Positions 10,780 through 20,313 of a DNA stretch of 43,765 nt are shown here, piece after piece. Each line of letters begins with the position of its first letter. The first letter of the stretch is position 1. The notes under the pieces are model-generated. The model was not told where the DNA came from, ran no database searches, and saw nothing but the letters and a program-made list of their open reading frames with translations. Origin of the DNA: an archaeon. GTDB taxonomy: Archaea; AGJL01; Methanococci; Methanococcales; Methanocaldococcaceae. The stretch covers positions 1-43,765 of the forward strand of contig JAJRSC010000021.1 of NCBI GenBank assembly GCA_024278985.1, in the 5' to 3' direction. The position numbers and the translations under genes are program-made.

Positions 10780-10920
10780 TTTTAACCCCTCAAAAATTTT
10801 TATTTATCAATATAAATATTTGAATAAATTATTTTAAGATATTATATCTAATAAAAGGGACACAATAATTTTAGAGATACTTTATATATTAAAATAACTT
10901 ATATTAAAATTTTTAAATAT

Positions 10921-10950
10921 AAAAATTTATATAATAGAAAAATTTATATA
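10921..10950 (+). promoter_or_regulatory. Duplicated BRE/TATA promoter element
   Basis: AAAAATTTATATA occurs at 10921-10933 and 10938-10950, upstream of the 11015 operon. Confidence 0.6.
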
Positions 10951-10965
10951 TGGGTTAATAAAATA

Positions 10966-10997
10966 TATCATATGTAGATAAAATACTACATATGTAG
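10966..10997. promoter_or_regulatory. Tandem operator-like sites
   Basis: Perfect palindrome CTACATATGTAG 10986-10997 and partial copy TATCATATGTAG 10966-10977; shared CATATGTAG repeated at 20-bp spacing over the expected start site. Confidence 0.6.
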
Positions 10998-11014
10998 GTA
11001 AAAGGTGATAAAAT

Positions 11015-11284
11015 ATGAAGAAAGTTTTGGGAATATTAGGAATAATATTTCTCCTTGTAGGTGCAGTATTTGCATTTAATAATACTACATCATTTAATAC
11101 TACAGACAATGGAGTAGTATGTCCATGCTGTGGAAATAACTGTTTATGTAACAATTATGAAAATTGTCCATGCTCAGAAAACTGTATATGCGAAGATAAT
11201 TGCACATGTTTAAATAACTGCCACCAATATTGCCACAATCATGAATTTAGACATTGTTGGGGTTTTAACAGATGTCATAGTTAG
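11015..11284 (+). CDS. Exported Cys/His-rich metallothionein-like small protein
   Basis: AAGGTGA RBS; signal peptide MKKVLG...AVFA; 15 Cys with repeated CxC and 5 His. Confidence 0.8.
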   Translation: MKKVLGILGIIFLLVGAVFAFNNTTSFNTTDNGVVCPCCGNNCLCNNYENCPCSENCICEDNCTCLNNCHQYCHNHEFRHCWGFNRCHS

Positions 11285-11307
11285 TCTTAAATACCAATTA
11301 TATTAAA

Positions 11308-11315
11308 TTTTTTTT
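11308..11315 (+). terminator. Oligo-T terminator candidate
   Basis: T8 run 24 nt after the stop of the Cys-rich gene. Confidence 0.35.
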
Positions 11316-11354
11316 CTTGTGAGTATTATTAACTACTTAAAAAGGTGATATAAA

Positions 11355-12917
11355 ATGATAAAGAAAATGATTTTATTCTTAGCATTATTAGTTCTACCCA
11401 TAGTTTCAGCAAATACAGTAGTATTAGTAAGTGATAACTTAGCAGATTATAATACTGCTTTAGATGTTGCAAATGTATTAAATGCAACTGTTATAACAAC
11501 AGAATGGGGAATATATAATGAAAGTTTAGTTAATACTATAATCTCCCTAAATCCAGATAAAGTTATAATCATTGGAGGTCCTTTAGCAGTAGTAGATAAT
11601 TATACAACAGCTTTAGAAAATGCTGGGATAAGTGTTGAAAGAATAGGGGGGCATGATAGATATCAAACCAATGCCATGGCACTTCTTCAATATAGAGAGC
11701 AATTTAGAGAAAAGTTTGGTAATAATTTATCTGCATGTGTATGTCATGGATTTGATGATATTGCTTTAAATGAATCCTTAAACTTAGTTAAAGAACATTA
11801 TATAACAGTCTTAACAAATGGTGTTAATTTAACTGTAAATGTCTCAAACTTAGGAGTTAAAAAAGTAGATGTTATTGTAAATCCTATATGTCCATTCTGT
11901 AACTATACAAAATTAATGCAAAGACTTAAAAGAGGAAATATTGTTGTTGAACAACTTGAAATTCCTCAAAATAAAATTAAATTAATGTTACAAAATAGAT
12001 TAAGAATATTAGAGAGAAGACTTATCAGATTAAAATTAATGGGTATTAATGATAGTGAATTAGAAAATAAAATTAAAGAAATTGAAGAGCTAATAAAACA
12101 AAATAAATATGAAGAAGCATACAAACTTATGATTCAATTAACAGACCAACAAAGAACTATGATAGTTTTACATTTCCATCCAATGGGTTATGGTAGAGCA
12201 ATGGGTATGAATAATGCTCCTCACATTTATCATCAAAATGCTAACAACTCTCAAATGATTAGAGGGCCAAAAGCTCCACATAGATATCAAAATGTTACCA
12301 ATTCACAAATGGGTAGAGGTAGAGTGTTTGTTGATAACAATGGAAATGTAAATGTTAGTTTAATGCATATGACTATTAATAACTTGCCAAAACAATCTAT
12401 AAGTGAAGAAGAAAAAGAGGGATTAATTGAAATGAGAGAAGAAGAAAAATTGGCAAGAGATGTTTATCTAACATTATACAATAAATGGAAATTACCAATA
12501 TTTAAAAACATTGCTGAAAGTGAACAAACACACACTGATTCCATCAAGTATCTTTTAAATAAATATAATATCTCTGACCCTGTTAAAAGTGATGAAGTTG
12601 GAAAATTCTCAAATCCAAAATATCAAGAATTGTATCAAAAATTAGTTGAGGAGGGTAATAAATCAGTTATTGATGCTTTAAAAGTTGGAGCTACTATTGA
12701 AGATTTAGATATAGCTGATTTACAATATTGGTTAAATAGAACAGACAATGAAGATATAAAACTTGTTTATGAAAACTTAATGAAAGGTTCAAGAAACCAT
12801 ATGAGAGCTTTCGTAAGTATGCTACAAAAGTATGGAGCCAATTACACTCCACAGTATATAAGTAAAGAAGAATATGAACAAATAATAAATAGCCCAATGG
12901 AAAGAGGTAGAAAATAA
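11355..12917 (+). CDS. Secreted fusion: cell-wall-binding-2-like domain + coiled coil + ferritin-like (DUF2202-type) domain
   Basis: Signal peptide; VIIIGGPLAV..RIGGHDRYQT (CWB2-like); C-terminal MREEEKLARDVY, ESEQTH, IEDLDI, GSRNH (ferritin-like); many N-x-S/T sequons. Confidence 0.8.
   Translation: MIKKMILFLALLVLPIVSANTVVLVSDNLADYNTALDVANVLNATVITTEWGIYNESLVNTIISLNPDKVIIIGGPLAVVDNYTTALENAGISVERIGGHDRYQTNAMALLQYREQFREKFGNNLSACVCHGFDDIALNESLNLVKEHYITVLTNGVNLTVNVSNLGVKKVDVIVNPICPFCNYTKLMQRLKRGNIVVEQLEIPQNKIKLMLQNRLRILERRLIRLKLMGINDSELENKIKEIEELIKQNKYEEAYKLMIQLTDQQRTMIVLHFHPMGYGRAMGMNNAPHIYHQNANNSQMIRGPKAPHRYQNVTNSQMGRGRVFVDNNGNVNVSLMHMTINNLPKQSISEEEKEGLIEMREEEKLARDVYLTLYNKWKLPIFKNIAESEQTHTDSIKYLLNKYNISDPVKSDEVGKFSNPKYQELYQKLVEEGNKSVIDALKVGATIEDLDIADLQYWLNRTDNEDIKLVYENLMKGSRNHMRAFVSMLQKYGANYTPQYISKEEYEQIINSPMERGRK
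12216..12323 (+). repeat. Imperfect tandem duplication in linker of the 520-aa protein
   Basis: APHIYHQNANNSQMIRG (from 12216) / APHRYQNVTNSQMGRG (from 12273), also similar at DNA level. Confidence 0.7.
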
Positions 12918-12930
12918 CGGTGAATGATTT

Positions 12931-13701
12931 ATGAGAAAATTTTTGGCTATCTTTTTATTTTTTTCTTTTTTAAGTTTATCTTTTGCTTGGAATGACTGTC
13001 CTTTTGGAGAAGTAAATTGTACATATCCAGGAAAATGTGGAAGATATATAGATACAAACCATAATGGTATCTGTGACCATAGTGAGCCAGCTCCAACAAC
13101 TAATAATATTAAACCAGTTGAAATAACAAATATAAATATTTCAAATCTATCAATAAAAGAATTTTGTTTAATGTATAACATTAATGTGAATATTTTTATT
13201 GATAAATTAAAGGAATTTTTAGAGAATAAACTAGGAATAGAAAATGTTATTGATATTAAGGGTAGTGAATTAAAAAAATTAACAATAAAAGAAGTATGTA
13301 AAATATATAATATCTCTCCAACTCTACTAATATCAAAATTAGGAGTTAATGTTGATGAAGACACCACATTTGAAGAATTAAAGGATAAATATGGAATAAC
13401 TCCAAAAAAAGCAAAAGAAATTATTGCTGAATGTATAAATGAAGAAAGATACTATAATAATGAATTAAATATTACTGAAAATACTAAGATAGGTTATATA
13501 ATTAAAACATATGATATAAATCCTGAAGATATAATAAACCTTGCTAAAGAATTGGGAGGAGTATACAATAATACTGAAACTTTAAATACAAATACTACAA
13601 ATACAAATAAAAATAATGAAAATATTATAGATAAAATATTATCCCTATTATTTACATATATTGATATAAAATCACTAATTCTTAAAATAATAGGAGGGTA
13701 A
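12931..13701 (+). CDS. Exported protein with 4-Cys N-terminal motif and helical repeats
   Basis: Signal peptide; CPFGEVNCTYPGKCGRYIDTNHNGICD; four T/S-I-x-E...Y-[ND G]-I repeats; T/N-rich linker; hydrophobic C-tail. Confidence 0.75.
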   Translation: MRKFLAIFLFFSFLSLSFAWNDCPFGEVNCTYPGKCGRYIDTNHNGICDHSEPAPTTNNIKPVEITNINISNLSIKEFCLMYNINVNIFIDKLKEFLENKLGIENVIDIKGSELKKLTIKEVCKIYNISPTLLISKLGVNVDEDTTFEELKDKYGITPKKAKEIIAECINEERYYNNELNITENTKIGYIIKTYDINPEDIINLAKELGGVYNNTETLNTNTTNTNKNNENIIDKILSLLFTYIDIKSLILKIIGG

Positions 13702-13708
13702 GTAATTT

Positions 13709-14407
13709 ATGGATAAAATTCAAATTTTAAGAAAAATTTCTCAAGTATTCTTTTTTATTCGTTTTGTTTTTATTAGCTCCTTATGTTTATGTTTTTATGG
13801 TGTATTAGAGCAAATATTTATTAGTGGTTCAACTGCATTAATACAAAAAATTATTATTATTGCTATTATAACATTAATTTTTGGTAGATTATTCTGTGGA
13901 TTTGCCTGCCCTTTTGGTTTTTTACAAGAATTAGCTTATAAAATAAAAAAAAGAAAAAAACTTCCTAAAATTAATAGAGAAATTCATAATAAATTAATAT
14001 ATTTAAAATATTTTGTTATGGTTGGTTTTTTATTGTTGGCTTATTACTTATCAACATATGCATTTTGTAATATCTGTCCTATTGGTTTTGTATCAAGATT
14101 ATCAGGAACTTTATTAGCTTTATTTTTAGCTATTTTATTTATAGTAATATCCTACTTTATTCCAAGGTTTTTCTGTAAATATATATGTCCATTAGGTGCA
14201 TTTTTATCTATTTTCTCAATATACCCAATATTTCAATTAAAATTAAATAACAACTGTGTTAAATGTAGATTATGTGAGTTTAAATGTCCTATGCAAATAG
14301 AAATTACTAAAAATATTACACAAAGAGAATGTATAAGATGCTTTGAATGTATGTCTGCTTGTAGAAAAGGAGGATTATCATTTAAACCATTTTTTTTTAG
14401 GAGATGA
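13709..14407 (+). CDS. Membrane 4Fe-4S binding protein (NapH/MauN/YccM-like)
   Basis: TM helices; FCGFACPFG and FCKYICPLG (CxxxCP) motifs; two C-terminal CxxCxxCxxxC motifs. Confidence 0.87.
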   Translation: MDKIQILRKISQVFFFIRFVFISSLCLCFYGVLEQIFISGSTALIQKIIIIAIITLIFGRLFCGFACPFGFLQELAYKIKKRKKLPKINREIHNKLIYLKYFVMVGFLLLAYYLSTYAFCNICPIGFVSRLSGTLLALFLAILFIVISYFIPRFFCKYICPLGAFLSIFSIYPIFQLKLNNNCVKCRLCEFKCPMQIEITKNITQRECIRCFECMSACRKGGLSFKPFFFRR

Positions 14408-14982
14408 AAAAAATGAAAATAAAAATAATTAGATTATCCCCTGGAAAATTTTTATTATTTTTTATTTTATTTATTTTAATTATGGGCCTATTATTTTTCT
14501 TATTATTTCCTCTCTTTTTATTATTGTTAATTATGGGAGTAATATTTATTATTTATCTCAAATTCAAAAAAAGATTAAAAGATATATGGTTAAACTTTAA
14601 GAAAAAAAGGATTAAAATTGAATATAAAGATAACTCAGGAAAAATAGATATTCATTTTCCAAAAAAGATACCTATTGAAGGAGAAAATGAAAATAAAAAA
14701 TATAATAATATAACTGATCCATTTGTCATTTATTTAAAAAAACTTGGTGCTAAAATTGATGAAAAAGGTAATATATATTTTAGAGGGTATAAAGTATATC
14801 CTATATTTAAAAAATCTTATCCTATAAATGAGATAATCTCATTGGACTATCCTGATGATATAGATGCAGTTGTTTTAGGTTTAAAAGGAGAACCATATGA
14901 ACCAAAGTTTTTATTTTTAATACCTAAAGAGAACTTAAAAAGAAGAATGAAATTAGATGAAATTAAAAGATTTATAATTTAA
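14404..14982 (+). CDS. Hypothetical membrane-anchored protein
   Basis: Long N-terminal hydrophobic hairpin; ATGA overlap with upstream gene. Confidence 0.7.
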   Translation: MKKMKIKIIRLSPGKFLLFFILFILIMGLLFFLLFPLFLLLLIMGVIFIIYLKFKKRLKDIWLNFKKKRIKIEYKDNSGKIDIHFPKKIPIEGENENKKYNNITDPFVIYLKKLGAKIDEKGNIYFRGYKVYPIFKKSYPINEIISLDYPDDIDAVVLGLKGEPYEPKFLFLIPKENLKRRMKLDEIKRFII

Positions 14983-16536
14983 CTACAGCTATATCTTTAA
15001 TATTAGGAATTTCTTTTAGCTTTTTTATAGCCTCTTCAGGAATTGGTTGGTCTAAAGATAAAACCATCACTGCCTCCCCACCAGGCTCTTTTCTACCTAC
15101 TTGCATACTTGCAATATTTACACCATACTCTCCTAAAATTAGCCCAACTTTTCCAACTACTCCAGGTCTGTCTATATGCTTAGTTATTGCCAAAATTCCC
15201 TCTGGAATAATATTTATTTTATATCCTTCTATTTCAGTTATAACTGGTTTATCATTAACAACTGTCCCAGCAATAGAGAATTTTTTACCATTTCTTTCTG
15301 CTATTACTTTTATATAGGTATCTTTTTCTGATGTCTTTGTTTCAATAACTTCTATTCCTCTATTTTTAGCTAATATCTCAGCATTAACTAAATTTACACC
15401 AGCCAATAATATAGGAGATAATAAACCTTTTAATAATGATTTTTTAATTAATGTTGTATCTTATTTAGATAACTCTCCAGAATAAATAATATTTATTTTC
15501 TTAACAGAACTATCTAAAACCTGCATAACTATATTTCCCAATGTCTCAGATAATATCATATATGGTTTTAACTTACCAATCTTTTCCTTTGGAAGATTTG
15601 GAAGATTTACAATATTCTCAGCTAACTCTCCAGATAATATTTTTTTATTTGCTCAGCAACTATTTTTCCAGCAGATTTTTGAGCTTCATCAGTTGATGCT
15701 CCTAAATGGGGGGTACATATTACATTATCCAACTCCAATAAAGGATTATTTTTTGGTGGTTCTTCTTCAAAAACATATAATGCAGCAGCTTTAATTTTTT
15801 TATCTTTAAGGGCCTTATATAATGCTTTTTCATCAATTAAACCTCCTCTTGCACAATTAACAATAATAGCATTTTTTTTCATTAGATTTATCTCTTTCTC
15901 TCCAATTAAATTTTTTGTTTTTGGAGTTAGAGGAACATGAAGTGTTATAATATCTGAAACTTTACATAGTTCTTCAATACTATCTAACAACTTAACTCCT
16001 ATACTCTCTGCCTTCTCTTTAGATATGTATGGGTCATAACCTACTAAGTTCATACCAAAAGCCTTAGCTCTTTTAGCAACTTGCTGACCAATTCTTCCCA
16101 ATCCAATTATTCCCAATGTTTTCCCATAAATCTCTATTCCTTTAAACCTCTTTCTATCCCATTCTCCTTTTTTAACTGAGTTGTTTGCTTGAGGTATATT
16201 TCTTGCAGCTGCTAAAATTAGTCCCATAGTAAGTTCAGCAACAGATATAGATGAAGAGTCAGGAGCATTAACTACAATAATCCCCTTTTCTGTTGCTGCT
16301 TCAACATCAATATTATCAACACCTACTCCAGCCCTTCCAATTATCTTTAATTTTTTTGCATGTTCAATAACTTCCCTATCTACCTTAGTACCACTTCTAA
16401 CTATTAAAATATCAGCATCTTTAATTTTCTCTAAAAGTTCTTCTTTACTTAAATTAGTGGCAACTTCAACATCTCCCAATTCTTTTAAAATGTTTATAGC
16501 ATCCTCATGTATTGGGTCAGTTATTAAAATCTTCAT
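14972..16536 (-). pseudogene. serA: D-3-phosphoglycerate dehydrogenase, interrupted by a homopolymer frameshift and an in-frame TAA
   Basis: [32 protein letters not shown]-terminal ACT domain. Adding one base to the T7 run at 15640-15646 and reading through TAA at 15461-15463 gives one 521-aa frame ([17 protein letters not shown]...SGELSK*DTTLIKK...LAGVNLVNA). Confidence 0.9.
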
Positions 16537-16538
16537 AA

Positions 16539-17396
16539 TTATCCCTTATAAACTTCCTCTATTATCTTTTTTATTTTATCCTTATCTTTTAAGCCATCAA
16601 TCCATTTTTTAGGAACTTTATTATAATAACTTCCTGCCAAAGCTCCATAAATACTGGCTAATGTATCAGTATCTCCACCTGCATTTATTGCCTTAATCAT
16701 TCCTTCCTCAAAGTTGTCAGTTAATATAAATGTAGCTATAGCAGAGGGAACAACTTGAAGAGTTGAAACTCCTGTACCAAAATAATCATAAGCTTCATCA
16801 ACATTATTAAAATCTTCTATTTTTAGCAACAACTTAGAAAATTTGTAACTAATATTTTCAATAAATTTACAACATCCAATTATATCCTTTTCTTCTTTAT
16901 ATATTATATAAGAAATAGCCAAAGCCCCTGCAATAGCAATATTGTTATTGTGGGTTATTTTAGATGATTTAATAACTTCTCTCTTTATTGTATTCAAATC
17001 ATTATAATAAAGTGGAATAGGATATATTCTCATTGCTGCTCCACAACTCTCACTATCTAAACCAGAAAAATCTCCTCTCATAAGTTTCATTATTGCCTTT
17101 AAAGAGGTATAACCTATATCTGGAGGATTAGTTTTAAACCACTCTATTAAATTTTTTGCAAATTTATTTAAATTAACACCATTCTTCTCCAAACTTTTCA
17201 TTAGGCAAATAGCCTGCTCTGTGTCATCAGTCCATTCACCTTTTTTTAGTTTTCCTGCTAAATAATTTTTAGGTTCAACATAATCAACAACTTTTCCATA
17301 TAGGAAAAGTATTTCATCTTTAGAAAGGTTTTCTGTTGGCATACCCAATGCATCTCCAACAACAGCTCCAAAAATTGTACTATATATTTTATCCAT
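16539..17396 (-). CDS. ADP-ribosylglycohydrolase family protein
   Basis: [33 protein letters not shown]; ATG 17394-96 preferred over GTG 17405. Confidence 0.9.
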   Translation of the reverse strand: MDKIYSTIFGAVVGDALGMPTENLSKDEILFLYGKVVDYVEPKNYLAGKLKKGEWTDDTEQAICLMKSLEKNGVNLNKFAKNLIEWFKTNPPDIGYTSLKAIMKLMRGDFSGLDSESCGAAMRIYPIPLYYNDLNTIKREVIKSSKITHNNNIAIAGALAISYIIYKEEKDIIGCCKFIENISYKFSKLLLKIEDFNNVDEAYDYFGTGVSTLQVVPSAIATFILTDNFEEGMIKAINAGGDTDTLASIYGALAGSYYNKVPKKWIDGLKDKDKIKKIIEEVYKG

Positions 17397-17406
17397 AAAA
17401 ATCACT

Positions 17407-18384
17407 TTAATACTCTGGAATTGGTAAGCTGGTTAATCTTTTAAAACCATTCTTTTTTATAAGATATAAATCTTCTATTCTAACTCCAAATTTATTTTTG
17501 AAGTATAAACCTGGCTCTATAGTAATAACCATATTCTCCTTTAATATATAATCTTCCCTAAAAAATGGTTTTTCATGAACTTCCAACCCAACACCATGTC
17601 CTAAAGAATGGATAAAATATTTTTCATATTTCCCAAAAAAATTTCTTACAATCCTCTCCAAATCTTTAGTAGATACTCCTTCCCTTAAATTATCTTCAGC
17701 TAAAAGTTTAGCCTCATAAACTATATTATATATCTTAATTTTCTCCTTATCATTATCTAAAATATACGTTCTTGTTATGTCAGAACAATAACCTCTATAG
17801 TTTGCCCCAGCATCTATTAAAAGAATATTTTTAATAGTTCTATTTTCAGGAAGTGCATGAGGCAATGATGTTTTTTTATCAGATATTACTATTGTATCAA
17901 ATGCAGGTTTTAAAGAGTTGTTTATCTTTAAATTATATTCAATCTTAGCACAGACATTAATCTCATTATCATAAGTATCAATATCTTTTATTGCCTTATC
18001 CACAATATTAGCAGATTTTTTTATCTTTTTAATCTCATCCTTATCTTTTATTAATCTAAGTTCTTCTATTTTTTTAGAGATTATTTTATAGTTGTTAAGA
18101 TGTTCTAAAAATCTTATTGGAAGACTTTCCTCAACACCCTCAGCATCTTTAAAAATTTCTTTCCAACTTTTGAACTCCTTAACTTCTATATTACTATAGT
18201 TCTCAGCTAAGTCTTTATCCAACTTTCCAACATATAAGTATGGCTTATCTTCAAATACTAAGACACAAAAAGAAGGAAAATAATCTTCTAAAAAATAGTT
18301 TATATTTTCTTTTTTTAAAATAACTGATTTTTTTATATTCTCAGTTTCCATATACTCTAAGAATTTTTTAATTTTCCTATTCAT
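17407..18384 (-). CDS. pepQ: Xaa-Pro dipeptidase (M24 family)
   Basis: [37 protein letters not shown]. Confidence 0.88.
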   Translation of the reverse strand: MNRKIKKFLEYMETENIKKSVILKKENINYFLEDYFPSFCVLVFEDKPYLYVGKLDKDLAENYSNIEVKEFKSWKEIFKDAEGVEESLPIRFLEHLNNYKIISKKIEELRLIKDKDEIKKIKKSANIVDKAIKDIDTYDNEINVCAKIEYNLKINNSLKPAFDTIVISDKKTSLPHALPENRTIKNILLIDAGANYRGYCSDITRTYILDNDKEKIKIYNIVYEAKLLAEDNLREGVSTKDLERIVRNFFGKYEKYFIHSLGHGVGLEVHEKPFFREDYILKENMVITIEPGLYFKNKFGVRIEDLYLIKKNGFKRLTSLPIPEY

Positions 18385-18397
18385 AATATTATCCCTT

Positions 18398-19435
18398 CTA
18401 AATTATTGATAATTTAATTGCCTTATAGGGGCAGGATTCATAACAACAGTAGCATTTTATACATTTTTTAGTTATTTTATAATCTTCAGTTATAGCCTTA
18501 ACTGGACACACTTTTCTACAAATCCCACATTTCTTACATTTTTTATTTATTATTTTTGGTTTATAAGATAATAAATCAAATGACAATCTAACTAAAAAAG
18601 AAGGTAATGGTAATTTAGAGGTCAAAGGTTTTTTAAACTTAACAGGTTTAATCTCTTTATAGTTGTATATTTTTCCATTCTCAATAATTATTAAATCATT
18701 AAAATTTTTTAATAATTTATTAGTTAAAATCTTCTCTGGGTTGTAGTTAATATAATATGTTGCAAAATAATCAACTGCAACTGGATTTTTTGATGCTATA
18801 ACAATTCCCAAATTTTTAGGTTTTCCAGCAGATGGACCATTTCCTTCCAATCCAACAACTCCATCCATTACTGTTAAAATAGGCTTTTGAGATAAAAATT
18901 TATAATATTCTACCAAAAATTTACAAAAATCCTCTTCTGCAGGAAAATGTTTATGAATAACCCCCTTTAATCCACCTGGAATAATACCATAAAGATTTTT
19001 AACTGCTCCGGTAAATTTTGTTAAAACATGTGTTTTAAGTTTAGGTAAATTAACAATATAATCCACATTAAAAAATGTCTTAGGGATTAAAACTTCAACA
19101 TCTTTTATAACAACTTTCTTACTTTTATCCTTCTCAAAAGGATAATATTTAACTTTAAACTTTTTACAAACCTCCTCTATTCCAGAAACTTTAAAAGCTT
19201 TTTCTGTATGATATGCTGAAGAATCAGCAACAATTATCTCATCAACCTTATCTACTAAATACTCAATAACCCACTCTAAAAATTTTGGATGGGTAGTTAC
19301 AGCTCTTTCAGGTGGAAAAGCTCCTAAAATATTAGGTTTTATTAAGACTTTACCTTCTACATTCTTTAAAATATTATCTAAAAAATTTTTATTTAAATTA
19401 TCATATGTTTTATTTCTTTCAATAAAAACCTTCAT
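18398..19435 (-). CDS. DUF362 family protein with C-terminal 2x[4Fe-4S] domain
   Basis: LIKPN, TTHP, NLPKLKTH, TGAVKNLYG, EGNGP; two CxxCxxCxxxCP. Confidence 0.85.
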   Translation of the reverse strand: MKVFIERNKTYDNLNKNFLDNILKNVEGKVLIKPNILGAFPPERAVTTHPKFLEWVIEYLVDKVDEIIVADSSAYHTEKAFKVSGIEEVCKKFKVKYYPFEKDKSKKVVIKDVEVLIPKTFFNVDYIVNLPKLKTHVLTKFTGAVKNLYGIIPGGLKGVIHKHFPAEEDFCKFLVEYYKFLSQKPILTVMDGVVGLEGNGPSAGKPKNLGIVIASKNPVAVDYFATYYINYNPEKILTNKLLKNFNDLIIIENGKIYNYKEIKPVKFKKPLTSKLPLPSFLVRLSFDLLSYKPKIINKKCKKCGICRKVCPVKAITEDYKITKKCIKCYCCYESCPYKAIKLSII

Positions 19436-20310
19436 TCTTTCACAATCATAGTTCCAATACCTTCCTCAGTAAAAACCTCTAAGAGAAGAGCATGAGGTAT
19501 TTTTCCATTTATAATATGTACTGCTTTAACACCCTTTTCTAAGGCATTTATTGCAGCCTCTGCTTTAGGAATCATTCCACCAGTAATAATTTCAGAATTA
19601 ATAAGTTCTTTAAGTTCCTCAACTGTTAATTTTTTAAATAGTGTATTTTTATCATTTGGGTTTTCCATAATTCCATCTACATCAGTAATTAATATTAATT
19701 TTTCAGCCTTTAATGCCCCAGCAATATCTCCTGCAACTGTATCTGCATTTAAATTATAGGCTTCTCCTTTTTCATCTATACCAATTGGAGATATAACTGG
19801 AATATAATTATTATTTATTAGTATATCTAAAAGTTCAGTGTTTATTAAAACTGTTTCTCCAACTCTACCCAAATCAACCTCAATATTTTCTCCTTTATCA
19901 TTTTTTATAAACTTTTTCTTTTTCTTAGCTAATATAATTCTCCCAGATTTTCCTGATAATCCAACAGCTTTACCTCCAAATTTGGATATTTTTGAAACAA
20001 TTTCACCATTTATTTTTCCAGCTAAAACCATCTCAACAATATTTAATGTTTCTTCATCTGTAACTCTTAAACCATGTATAAATTCTGGCTTTTTCCCCAT
20101 TTTTTCCATTGCCTTATTAATTTCTGGACCTCCTCCATGAACTATAACAGGATTTATTCCAACATATTTTAATAAAACTATATCCTGAGCTGTCCAATTT
20201 TTTGCTTCTTTGTTAATCATTGCATGTCCTCCATACTTAATAACAAATATTTTATTGTGGAACTTTTGAATATATGGAAGAGCCTCTAACAGTATTTTAG
20301 CTTTTTCCAT
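19432..20310 (-). CDS. argB: Acetylglutamate kinase
   Basis: VIKYGG, VHGGGP, GLRVT, NLNADT, GGMIPK. Confidence 0.96.
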   Translation of the reverse strand: MEKAKILLEALPYIQKFHNKIFVIKYGGHAMINKEAKNWTAQDIVLLKYVGINPVIVHGGGPEINKAMEKMGKKPEFIHGLRVTDEETLNIVEMVLAGKINGEIVSKISKFGGKAVGLSGKSGRIILAKKKKKFIKNDKGENIEVDLGRVGETVLINTELLDILINNNYIPVISPIGIDEKGEAYNLNADTVAGDIAGALKAEKLILITDVDGIMENPNDKNTLFKKLTVEELKELINSEIITGGMIPKAEAAINALEKGVKAVHIINGKIPHALLLEVFTEEGIGTMIVKE

Positions 20311-20313
20311 TTT

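Noticed and set aside
14404-14982. 192-aa membrane protein as part of the metal/redox module
   Set aside because: It is coupled by an ATGA overlap but has no Cys or metal motif; in this shuffled genome overlap alone is weak evidence, so it was left out of the system
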